Translations under genes and position numbers: made by a program
The notes under the pieces: model-generated
The model's input: the letters and a program-made list of their open reading frames with translations, nothing else
Databases searched by the model: none
What the model was told of the DNA's origin: nothing
Part shown: piece by piece, positions 56,975 through 64,000 of the stretch
Layout: every line of letters begins with the position of its first letter
Position numbering within the stretch: the stretch's first letter is position 1
Assembly: GCF_001050235.1 (NCBI RefSeq)
Contig: NZ_DF967972.1
Coordinates: 806,171-870,170, forward strand
Direction of reading: 5' to 3'
Length of the DNA: 64,000 nucleotides
DNA from: Longilinea arvoryzae
Lineage (GTDB): Bacteria; Chloroflexota; Anaerolineae; Anaerolineales; Anaerolineaceae

Positions 56975-59047
56975 TCAATAGATGTCGTAAACGGTGTTAT
57001 AGACGTTGAATTTGCCGGTCGGCGTCACCAGGTTGGGGATGCGCGCCACCTCTTTCAAGGTGGCGTCGTCGTAGATGACGATTTCCCCGGTTTGCCCGGG
57101 TTTGCTGGCGTCGCCCCAGACGCTCACCCACACCTGGGTGCCCTGCTTGTTGTATTCGAAGTGCACGGCCCGGCCGTAGTCGGCCACCTGCCAGCACTTG
57201 TGGACTGCATCCGGTTGAGCCTTCGCGACGACGCAGATCGTGCGCGCCAGAACCGGATCGGTGTTGAGGGTCATGTCCACCCAGATCCACTTGCTGTCCG
57301 GGTGGGTTTTGATGAACAGGCTGCCGTCGCCGGGCAGCGGGGTGGTGCGTACGACCTTCCAGACGTGGTCGGGGTGATTTTCAGGGTCGGTACCGATCGA
57401 AACGATGGCGCCGTCGCCCAGGTGTGAGGTGCTCCACACCGGCCCGAACTCGGGATCGATCCAGTTGGCGCCGCGGCCCGGATGGGGGATGGCGTCCGTT
57501 TCCACCTTCGCAACCAGCTTTTCTTCCAGCAAATCGATCACCGCGATCTTGTTGGACTGGTTGGCTGCCACCAGGAAGTAGCGTTTGGTCGAATCCAATC
57601 CGCCGTCGTGCAGGAAGCGCTCGGCCTCGATCATCTTGATGGTCGGGTTGTTCGGATCGGAGTAGTCGACGATCCATACCAGGCCGGTTTCTTTGATGTT
57701 GACGATCCATTCGGGCTTGAAGTGCGAGGCCAGAATGGAAGCCACGCGCGGCTCGGGATGATATTCTTCGGTGTCGTAGGTGTAGCTGCGCGTGCTGACG
57801 ATCTTGAAGGGTTCGAGAGTCTGACCATCCAGGAAGACGAAGTGCGGCGGCCAATAGCAGCCGACGATGGCGTATTTATCCTCGAAGTTGCCCTTTTCAC
57901 CGTTGTATTTACTCACCTCGACCGAGCGCGCGTCATAGCAGACCTGCACCTGGGCGACCACGTCCGGCTTTTCCATCCACAGGTCGATCAGGGCCAGCTT
58001 GCCGTCGCGCCCGATGACGTAGGCGTAGCGTCCGGTGGCCGACATGCGCGTGATGTGCACGGCATAGCCGCTGTTGACCGTGTTGACGATCTCGTGTGTG
58101 TCGCCGTCGATGATGGCCACCTGGCCGGCGTCGCGCAGGGTGACGATGAAGTAATTCTGCCAGTCGCGTTGAGTCTGGGGTTGGGTGGGGCGCTCGGCGG
58201 GTGGAACCAGGACTTTCCAGGTCTCTTTCATTTGAGCCAGGGAGTATTCAGGCGGGGTGGGCGGTTCCTGCTGCAGGAATTTGGCCATGATTTCGGTCTG
58301 CTCCTGGGTCAGCAGGCCCTGTTTGCCCCAGTCGGGCATCCCGCCGGTGGTGCCGTTGAAGATGATGGCCGCCAGGGCCAACGTGCCCATGGGCTGGGTC
58401 ACATCCGGGGTGAGCGCCGGGCCGGTGGCGCCCATGCGCAGCGTGCCGTGGCAGCCGGCGCAGCGTTCGAAATAGGTCTGTTTGGCCCAGTCGAAATCCG
58501 CCTGGCTTAATTCTGGGGCATTGCCGGCCTGAAGAGTGCTTTGCGGAGTGGCCGTGACTCCGGAGGCCGCGTTTTCCTGCGCGGGCAGGGCCAGCATGTA
58601 GCTGACGATTGCGTCAAGTTCGGCGTCGCCAAGCGTTTCTGCCAGGTTGGCGGGCATCAACCCTTTCTGACAGGCTTTTCCGCCGCAATCGGCCGCGATG
58701 TAAGCATCCGGTTTGGAGATCGATTCGCGCAGGAAATCCGCAGCCGTTTTGGCCTGGCCGGTATAAGTGCTGGACAAAACGGTTTCCTGGGCGGTCTGGC
58801 CGATCGCACTCAAATCCGGCCCGAGCGTTCCCGCCGCTCCCGGCACGCCGGGGATGATGTGACAGGCGCCGCAGCCGCCATCCTTGAATCCCTTCAGCGC
58901 CAGATCGCGATCGGTTTGTCCGGAGACCCCGCCGGCTTCTTCTGGCCGCGTACTCACCGGCGGGGCCGGGGTTTGGGTTGCCCGGCCGCAGGCGGAAATG
59001 AGAATAAGAACGCCCAGCAGAATAAGGACAAATTTAAGGGATTTCAT
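56975..59047 (-). CDS. nirS: Cytochrome cd1 nitrite reductase NirS with an additional N-terminal mono-haem cytochrome c domain and a lipoprotein signal
   Basis: Canonical NirS c-domain (CAGCHGTLRMGATGPALTPD) and d1 beta-propeller boxes (TLRDAGQVAIIDG, HPGRGANW, FIKTHPDSK, C-terminal TPTGKFNVYNT), plus an extra CGACH haem-c motif near the N-terminus and a lipobox (ISACG). Confidence 0.85.
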   Translation of the reverse strand: MKSLKFVLILLGVLILISACGRATQTPAPPVSTRPEEAGGVSGQTDRDLALKGFKDGGCGACHIIPGVPGAAGTLGPDLSAIGQTAQETVLSSTYTGQAKTAADFLRESISKPDAYIAADCGGKACQKGLMPANLAETLGDAELDAIVSYMLALPAQENAASGVTATPQSTLQAGNAPELSQADFDWAKQTYFERCAGCHGTLRMGATGPALTPDVTQPMGTLALAAIIFNGTTGGMPDWGKQGLLTQEQTEIMAKFLQQEPPTPPEYSLAQMKETWKVLVPPAERPTQPQTQRDWQNYFIVTLRDAGQVAIIDGDTHEIVNTVNSGYAVHITRMSATGRYAYVIGRDGKLALIDLWMEKPDVVAQVQVCYDARSVEVSKYNGEKGNFEDKYAIVGCYWPPHFVFLDGQTLEPFKIVSTRSYTYDTEEYHPEPRVASILASHFKPEWIVNIKETGLVWIVDYSDPNNPTIKMIEAERFLHDGGLDSTKRYFLVAANQSNKIAVIDLLEEKLVAKVETDAIPHPGRGANWIDPEFGPVWSTSHLGDGAIVSIGTDPENHPDHVWKVVRTTPLPGDGSLFIKTHPDSKWIWVDMTLNTDPVLARTICVVAKAQPDAVHKCWQVADYGRAVHFEYNKQGTQVWVSVWGDASKPGQTGEIVIYDDATLKEVARIPNLVTPTGKFNVYNTVYDIY

Positions 59048-59160
59048 GGAGGTCTCCTGATATGAGGATCCTGAAATTTGCAGAGATTCGGCGCCGGCAA
59101 GAAAAACGGGAATTGTTCTTTATTCTGATTTTAATTATATAGTATTCGAATGTGAAATCT

Positions 59161-59174
59161 TTGCGCTGGCGCAA
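59161..59174. promoter_or_regulatory. TTGCG-CTGG-CGCAA palindrome matching the NnrR/DNR (CRP-FNR family) box, about 120 bp upstream of the nirS start
   Basis: Perfect 5-N4-5 palindrome in the AT-rich nirS leader. Confidence 0.5.
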
Positions 59175-59294
59175 AAACAGCCTGAAGCTGAGATCCGCTT
59201 CCATACTTCGTTCGGAATCCAGATAGAACCATTCGACTGGGTTGGTCCGCGCGTAGCCTGAAAATTCAGTACAATAAAGAGCGAAAGGGTTGTC

Positions 59295-59690
59295 ATGATT
59301 TCAGTGCGTGAATTGGAAGCACATTTTGCGGACCTGCCGCCTGAGTTGCTGGATATCGTGGTGGAGCTGCGCAACCTGGTGGCAGAGATCGCCCCCCAGG
59401 CCTGCGAAGAAGTGCGCAGCCGGGGCCTGGTTTATCATTATGCCGGGGGCGGACCGGTCAGCGCCGGAATTTGCGGCATTCACGTCGAGCGGGATCATGT
59501 GCGCCTGTATTTCACGCAAGGCGCCTTTATCCCCGATCCGCACGGGCGGCTGGTCGATGAGGGCCGCAAAGCCATGCGTTTTGTTCGGATCGAGTCTTTC
59601 GACTCGGCGCCCTGGGATGATCTGCGTGCGCTGATCGAATCCCATGCGCGTTTCAATCCTTACACGCAGACGTTTCGCTCCGCCCGATGA
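59295..59690 (+). CDS. DUF1801 (YdhG-like) domain protein
   Basis: Size and N-terminal pattern are typical of this family; assignment tentative. Confidence 0.5.
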   Translation: MISVRELEAHFADLPPELLDIVVELRNLVAEIAPQACEEVRSRGLVYHYAGGGPVSAGICGIHVERDHVRLYFTQGAFIPDPHGRLVDEGRKAMRFVRIESFDSAPWDDLRALIESHARFNPYTQTFRSAR

Positions 59691-59891
59691 CTCGGCGAGA
59701 GGACTTCACGTGGATAGCACGGACGAACTGGATGGCATTTTGGCGCTCTGCCCGCCTGAAGTGCGCCATCTGGCGCTGCAAACGCGGGCCTTGATCCGGC
59801 ATGTCCAGATCACGACCCGGGCCGATCTGAGCACCCCTCGCTTCGGGCGCTCATCGAGGAAGCCGTTAACTTTTAGGTTTACAGAGAGAAT

Positions 59892-60302
59892 ATGTTATCG
59901 AACCATGATTTGATCAACCGAGCCAAAGCCGTGCTAAACCCGCGCCGGCTGCCGCACGAAAACACTGCCGGAGACGTGGCCTGCGCGCTGGAAAGCGCCA
60001 GCGGGAACGTCTACCTGGGGGTGTGCATCGACGTGGGCAGCGGCATGGGCTTCTGCGCCGAGCACGCCGCCATCGCCGCCATGGTCACCGCCGGCGAAAC
60101 CCGCATCGCCAGAATCGTGGCGGTGTATGGCGAAGATACCGTGCTGGTACTGCCGCCCTGCGGGCGCTGCCGCGAGTTCATGTACGCCATCGACCATGCC
60201 AACCTGAACAATACCGAGGTGGTTCTGGGCGAAAACCAGACCATCCGGCTCAAAGAATTGCTGCCGCATCCATACGACGAGGTGTGGGGACCGAACACCT
60301 GA
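59892..60302 (+). CDS. Cytidine/deoxycytidylate deaminase family zinc enzyme (blasticidin-S/cytidine deaminase-like)
   Basis: CAEHAAI (H/C-A-E zinc motif) and PCGRCRE (PC-x2-C) boxes. Confidence 0.7.
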   Translation: MLSNHDLINRAKAVLNPRRLPHENTAGDVACALESASGNVYLGVCIDVGSGMGFCAEHAAIAAMVTAGETRIARIVAVYGEDTVLVLPPCGRCREFMYAIDHANLNNTEVVLGENQTIRLKELLPHPYDEVWGPNT

Positions 60303-60303
60303 T

Positions 60304-61200
60304 TCACGCAGCCGGCGACTGGCCCTTCAACCCGGCCAGGCGTTCGGTCTCATCCCACAGCCGTTTCCAGGTTTCGCGGTTGTAGGACTTGGGACTGGAG
60401 CGCACCTGCTGGTTGTTCTCATCCCAATAGGCGCCGGTGATTTCCTGCACGGCCGGGTCGGCCGCCAGATAGACATAAGTTTGAGCCTGGCGCTCGGGCC
60501 GGATCGACATGCGGCGTTTGATCTCATACAGCCGGCGGACCCACGGGTCCAGGCCGGTCAGGCGTTCGTCGGCAACGGCCACGTTCGTCACGCGCACGCA
60601 GTTGACGGTGACGCCGGTTCCCCGCAGGCGCTCGGCCAGGTCGTAGGTAAACAGGATTTGAGCCAGTTTGGAATGGTAATAGGCGTGCTGCGGCGAGAAA
60701 TTGCGCTGACCGTTCAGATTATCGAATTCGATATCCAGGAACGGGTAGACACTCAGGCCTTTGGAGGCGACAGTGAGGATACGGCTGGGCGCGCTGGCTT
60801 TGAGCGTTTCCAGCAGCAAATGGGTGAGCAGGAAAACGCCGACGTGGTTGGTGGCGAAAATGGTCTCGACGCCGTCGCCCGTCAGGACGGGCGTTTTGAG
60901 GGATTGGTCGAAGTTGGCGGCGTTATGGATCAACACGTCCAGATGCGAATGGCGCGCCTGAAATTCAGCGGCGAACGCTCGAATGCTGGCCTGCGAGGAC
61001 AGGTCGACCTGCATCAACTCGACCTTTTGGCTGTTGGCGTTCGTTCTAACATCGTGCAGCGCCTGCTCGCCGCGTTCGCACGAGCGGCAGGCCAGGACGA
61101 CGGTGGCTCCCATGGCCGCCAACTGTACGGCGGCAGCTTTGCCGATGCCTGAATTGGCGCCGGTGATGAGGATGGTCTTGTTTTCCAGGTTGTAATTCAT
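60304..61200 (-). CDS. Short-chain dehydrogenase/reductase (SDR), retinol-dehydrogenase-like
   Basis: TGANSGIG Rossmann motif, NAA box, catalytic Y-x3-K (YYHSK). Confidence 0.85.
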   Translation of the reverse strand: MNYNLENKTILITGANSGIGKAAAVQLAAMGATVVLACRSCERGEQALHDVRTNANSQKVELMQVDLSSQASIRAFAAEFQARHSHLDVLIHNAANFDQSLKTPVLTGDGVETIFATNHVGVFLLTHLLLETLKASAPSRILTVASKGLSVYPFLDIEFDNLNGQRNFSPQHAYYHSKLAQILFTYDLAERLRGTGVTVNCVRVTNVAVADERLTGLDPWVRRLYEIKRRMSIRPERQAQTYVYLAADPAVQEITGAYWDENNQQVRSSPKSYNRETWKRLWDETERLAGLKGQSPAA

Positions 61201-61613
61201 CTCATTACCTGTGTCTTATACCCTGTCCACCGATCTCAGGTTTGGCAAACAACCCCATTCGGAATTTTAGCATCCCGGGAGTGGATATACAACAAAGCGA
61301 TCGACAAAAAGATGCCCGGCAAGCTGGCTTCAAGGGTCATAAATCTGCGGCGGATCGATCCGCGTTGGCGGATGGATACAAACAGAACCTGCGGAATCAC
61401 CGGATTTCAATTCAGAATGGGAATGATGGCTGTTCTGCGCGCGGATGAGTCTTGGATGAGAAAACCTGCCGGAGAATTGCCGGGATCCTGCCCTGGTGGT
61501 AGGATTTGGACGAGCGTATGGATAATATTACGGCGACGAACTGCTCCGGCGCCGGGATCGCATTCGAACTTTTTTCCTGAAGGACTCACCACATCCGCAA
61601 AGGAGCTTCTGCC

Positions 61614-62000
61614 TTGAAAATCAAATCGTTTCTTCTCGTGACGCTTGCCTTCGTTTTGTTGGTGACGGGCTGCACCGCCACGCCAACAGCGCCGACCCCT
61701 CAGGTCACGCCCACCCGCGCGCCGGCGGTGAAACCGGATATCGATTACTCGGTCCTCAATATGGAAATCGGTCGCGCGGGCAAATGCATCCTGGAAATCG
61801 AATTGCCCGACCGCATTTCCGAGGACGAAGTCACCCGGATGGCTTATTACTTATCCGAAAACGAAGGCAAAGATTGCGCGCCTCTGTTTATCTTCTATTA
61901 TCTGCCGGGGCAGGAAAGAAAATACGAGTTGGCGTGGGCTTACAGCCACTTCAACCCGGACCTGCAGGTCAAGATCAGCGACGCGCAACCGGAGAACTAG
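61614..62000 (+). CDS. Small secreted lipoprotein, unknown function
   Basis: Lipobox (LLVTGC), Pro/Thr linker, 128 aa. Confidence 0.5.
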   Translation: MKIKSFLLVTLAFVLLVTGCTATPTAPTPQVTPTRAPAVKPDIDYSVLNMEIGRAGKCILEIELPDRISEDEVTRMAYYLSENEGKDCAPLFIFYYLPGQERKYELAWAYSHFNPDLQVKISDAQPEN

Positions 62001-62059
62001 CCCGGGCGCAACGCTGCGGTGAGGAACGCCTCCCTCACGTTCGCAGCCGTCCCAAGCAG

Positions 62060-62746
62060 TTATGAGGCGTTTTCTTGCGCGGGAACCAGGTAGCGATAAA
62101 CCGGCCTGTCCGCGAAAGCGTATACCCCCCGGTATCTTTCGGGCAGCAGCTCGGCGATTTTATACATCATCTCATCGCTGACCGCCTCGCGAATCTCACG
62201 CGACAGGCTGGCGCCTTCGGCGGTCAGGTAAAAGGGCTGGCCGACCTCGATGTGAAAATCGGTGCGGCGCAGATGCCTGAGGTTGCTCCAGACGGCTTCG
62301 TGCCCCCAGTAAGCCAATGGCAAAATTGGGGCATGGCTGCGCGCGGCCAGCAGGGAAACGCCCGGCTTGCCCTTTTGCATCTGACCCGTTTTACTGCGCG
62401 TGCCTTCGGGGGCAATGGAGAGCACTTTGCCCTGCTTGAGGGCCGCCAGGGCCAGGTTGAAGGCGTCCCGGTCGACCATGCCGCGGTCGATGGGGATGAT
62501 TTCCCAGAGTTGAAACAGAAAATGGATGAACGGATTCTTCCAGAGTTCGCGCTTGCCAATCCCGGTTACGGCCGGATTATCCAACCAGCACACCATGACG
62601 GGCGCTTCGAAGGAGTTGATATGATTGGCAATGGCAACCAGGGGGCCCTGGCGGGGAATGCGGTCGAGATGGCTGGTGTCCACTCGAAAAAGGATGGAGA
62701 GCAGAGTCCGCATCACCCGATTGACAGCATGAAAACCAGGTTTCAT
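62060..62746 (-). CDS. 1-acyl-sn-glycerol-3-phosphate acyltransferase-like (PlsC/LPLAT family)
   Basis: NHINSFE (H-x4-D/E acyltransferase box) and a PEGTR motif. Confidence 0.75.
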   Translation of the reverse strand: MKPGFHAVNRVMRTLLSILFRVDTSHLDRIPRQGPLVAIANHINSFEAPVMVCWLDNPAVTGIGKRELWKNPFIHFLFQLWEIIPIDRGMVDRDAFNLALAALKQGKVLSIAPEGTRSKTGQMQKGKPGVSLLAARSHAPILPLAYWGHEAVWSNLRHLRRTDFHIEVGQPFYLTAEGASLSREIREAVSDEMMYKIAELLPERYRGVYAFADRPVYRYLVPAQENAS

Positions 62747-62857
62747 AAGAGTAGCCTACGATAAATCAAAATTGCCTGCGCGAGGCAGGAGGAATGGGAG
62801 TTCCCGGCCAAAGTAACCTTGGATGGTCGCGCCCGGATGACCGGGCGCTTGGGGGGC

Positions 62858-63532
62858 TCAATTCGCCGGAACCAGGTAGCGGTATTCCACCGGCTGGTCG
62901 AAGGCGTACGCCCCGCGGTATTTTTCAGGTAAAAGTTCAGCCAGTTTATACATCATCTCATCGGCCACGGCATCGCGCACTTCACGCGCCTGGCTGGCGC
63001 CTTCCGCCGTCAGCCGAAAGGGTGTTCCCACGGCGATGTGCAGTTCGGTGCGGCGCAGGCGTTTGAGGTTTTTCCAGAAATCTTCATGGCCCCAAAAAAC
63101 GGCCGGCAATACGGCCGCGCCGCTGCGCGCAGCCAGGAAGGAAACACCCGGTTTGCCTTTGACCAGTTTTCCGGTTCCGTTGCGCGTGCCCTCGGGCGAG
63201 ATGGCCAGGATCTTACCCCGCGCGAGAGCGTCGAAGGAGCTGCGAAAGGCTTCCCGGTCGACCATGCCGCGGTCGATGGGAATGATTTCCCACAGATTGA
63301 AGAGAAAATAGAACAGCGGGTTTTTCCAGCTTTCGCGCTTGGCGATGCCGGTGATGGCCGGGTTGTCCATCCAGGACACAAAAATGGGCGTTTCCAAAAA
63401 GTTGATATGGTTGCCAATGAGGATCAGCGGCCCGTTCCTGGGAATCCGGGCCAGTTCGCGATCGTCGACCTTGCAGACCAGCCGGAATACACCGCGCAGG
63501 AATGCATTGACCGCATGATAACCAGGTCTCAT
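62858..63532 (-). CDS. 1-acyl-sn-glycerol-3-phosphate acyltransferase-like, tandem paralogue
   Basis: Aligns residue-for-residue with 62060-62746 (GNHINFLE, PEGTRN); start chosen at the ATG homologous to the paralogue's start; overlaps the upstream gene stop (ATGA). Confidence 0.7.
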   Translation of the reverse strand: MRPGYHAVNAFLRGVFRLVCKVDDRELARIPRNGPLILIGNHINFLETPIFVSWMDNPAITGIAKRESWKNPLFYFLFNLWEIIPIDRGMVDREAFRSSFDALARGKILAISPEGTRNGTGKLVKGKPGVSFLAARSGAAVLPAVFWGHEDFWKNLKRLRRTELHIAVGTPFRLTAEGASQAREVRDAVADEMMYKLAELLPEKYRGAYAFDQPVEYRYLVPAN

Positions 63533-63990
63533 GCCTGCCATCCGTTGGAATGTGTCAGCACGTCCAGCGCGCCCGGCAGAATCTCGATGGTCAGTTGCTC
63601 GCCGGCCGTGCAAATGGTTTCGCCGTCGGCGTGAGCCGGGATGCTGCCCTCGATGGCTCGAATGGTGATCTTGCGCGAACGGCGCATGCTGACCGCCGGA
63701 TCGCTGCCCTGCTTGCCGCTGATGAAGGTGGCCGCCACCGGCAAAATTCGGATCTGGCTGACCTGTCCGGTCAGACAAAGATCGAAGGTCCGGTCGGAGG
63801 GATCGCCGTCCGGCGCCATCATGAACGCGCCGCCCATGCGCCGCCCGTTCATCACCGACACCATCAGGAAGGGCTGACGCAGCACGCCATCGTCGAGTGT
63901 GACTTCGTAGACGGGCGCCTTGGCGTATTTGAAGATGGTGCGGATGACCGCCACCAGATAGGAGGCGCCGCCGTGCAGCCAGGTCATCTT
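63529..63990 (-). CDS. Lipid kinase (diacylglycerol-kinase catalytic-domain family, YegS/BmrU-like), C-terminal part; the 5' end lies outside the window
   Basis: C-terminal half of a DAGK_cat-type fold; the ORF runs off the window edge. Confidence 0.5.
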   Translation of the reverse strand, partial: KMTWLHGGASYLVAVIRTIFKYAKAPVYEVTLDDGVLRQPFLMVSVMNGRRMGGAFMMAPDGDPSDRTFDLCLTGQVSQIRILPVAATFISGKQGSDPAVSMRRSRKITIRAIEGSIPAHADGETICTAGEQLTIEILPGALDVLTHSNGWQA

Positions 63991-64000
63991 GGCGGCCTCG

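Overview
This window is a high-GC (about 63-65%) bacterial chromosomal segment carrying roughly 55-60 protein-coding genes. I found no rRNA or tRNA genes and no CRISPR array. Three patches of clearly lower GC interrupt it, at roughly 1.86-2.56 kb, 3.2-7.56 kb and 42.1-45.7 kb.

The second low-GC patch holds a two-gene pair with the Gabija architecture: an OLD-family AAA ATPase with a TOPRIM domain, followed by a UvrD-like superfamily-1 helicase. A standalone HNH endonuclease and a NurA-like nuclease, followed by a small protein with a possible HAS-barrel fold, lie just upstream. This is the most likely defence/accessory region in the window.

The rest is mostly housekeeping and transport genes:
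- Cation and metal handling: a P-type cation ATPase with an ArsR regulator, and the Mn efflux pump MntP.
- ABC transport: an ABC-2 exporter, plus a five-gene Opp/Dpp-type peptide ABC operon whose family-5 solute-binding lipoprotein appears circularly permuted.
- Sugar utilisation: an MFS transporter with GH127 and GH2 glycosidases, and a second block of an unknown 566-aa protein with a GPH transporter.
- Nitrogen respiration: a cytochrome cd1 nitrite reductase (nirS) with an extra N-terminal c-type haem domain and an upstream TTGCG-N4-CGCAA box.
- Others: flotillin-like SPFH, RidA, DegV, saccharopine dehydrogenase, ANT(6), a cytidine deaminase, two tandem PlsC-like acyltransferases and a partial lipid kinase.

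The intergenic DNA is unusually rich in structured repeats:
- Hairpin-forming reiterations of 7-8 nt words such as cgaatacc, cacggag and ctcataa.
- A 75-95 bp structured element present in two copies, each at the edge of a low-GC patch.
- A roughly 24-nt motif (ATGCGTAGGGGCACGGCTGTG) recurring in two unrelated intergenic regions, one of which also contains a degenerate tandem repeat.

Two small-gene clusters with strong ribosome-binding sites look like uncharacterised accessory loci: a Zn-ribbon protein, a 38-aa peptide and a membrane protein; and a membrane-anchored LuxR regulator, a secreted Cys/Trp-rich protein and a 2-TM peptide.

All calls rest on motif recognition and composition read from the sequence. 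I ran no database searches.
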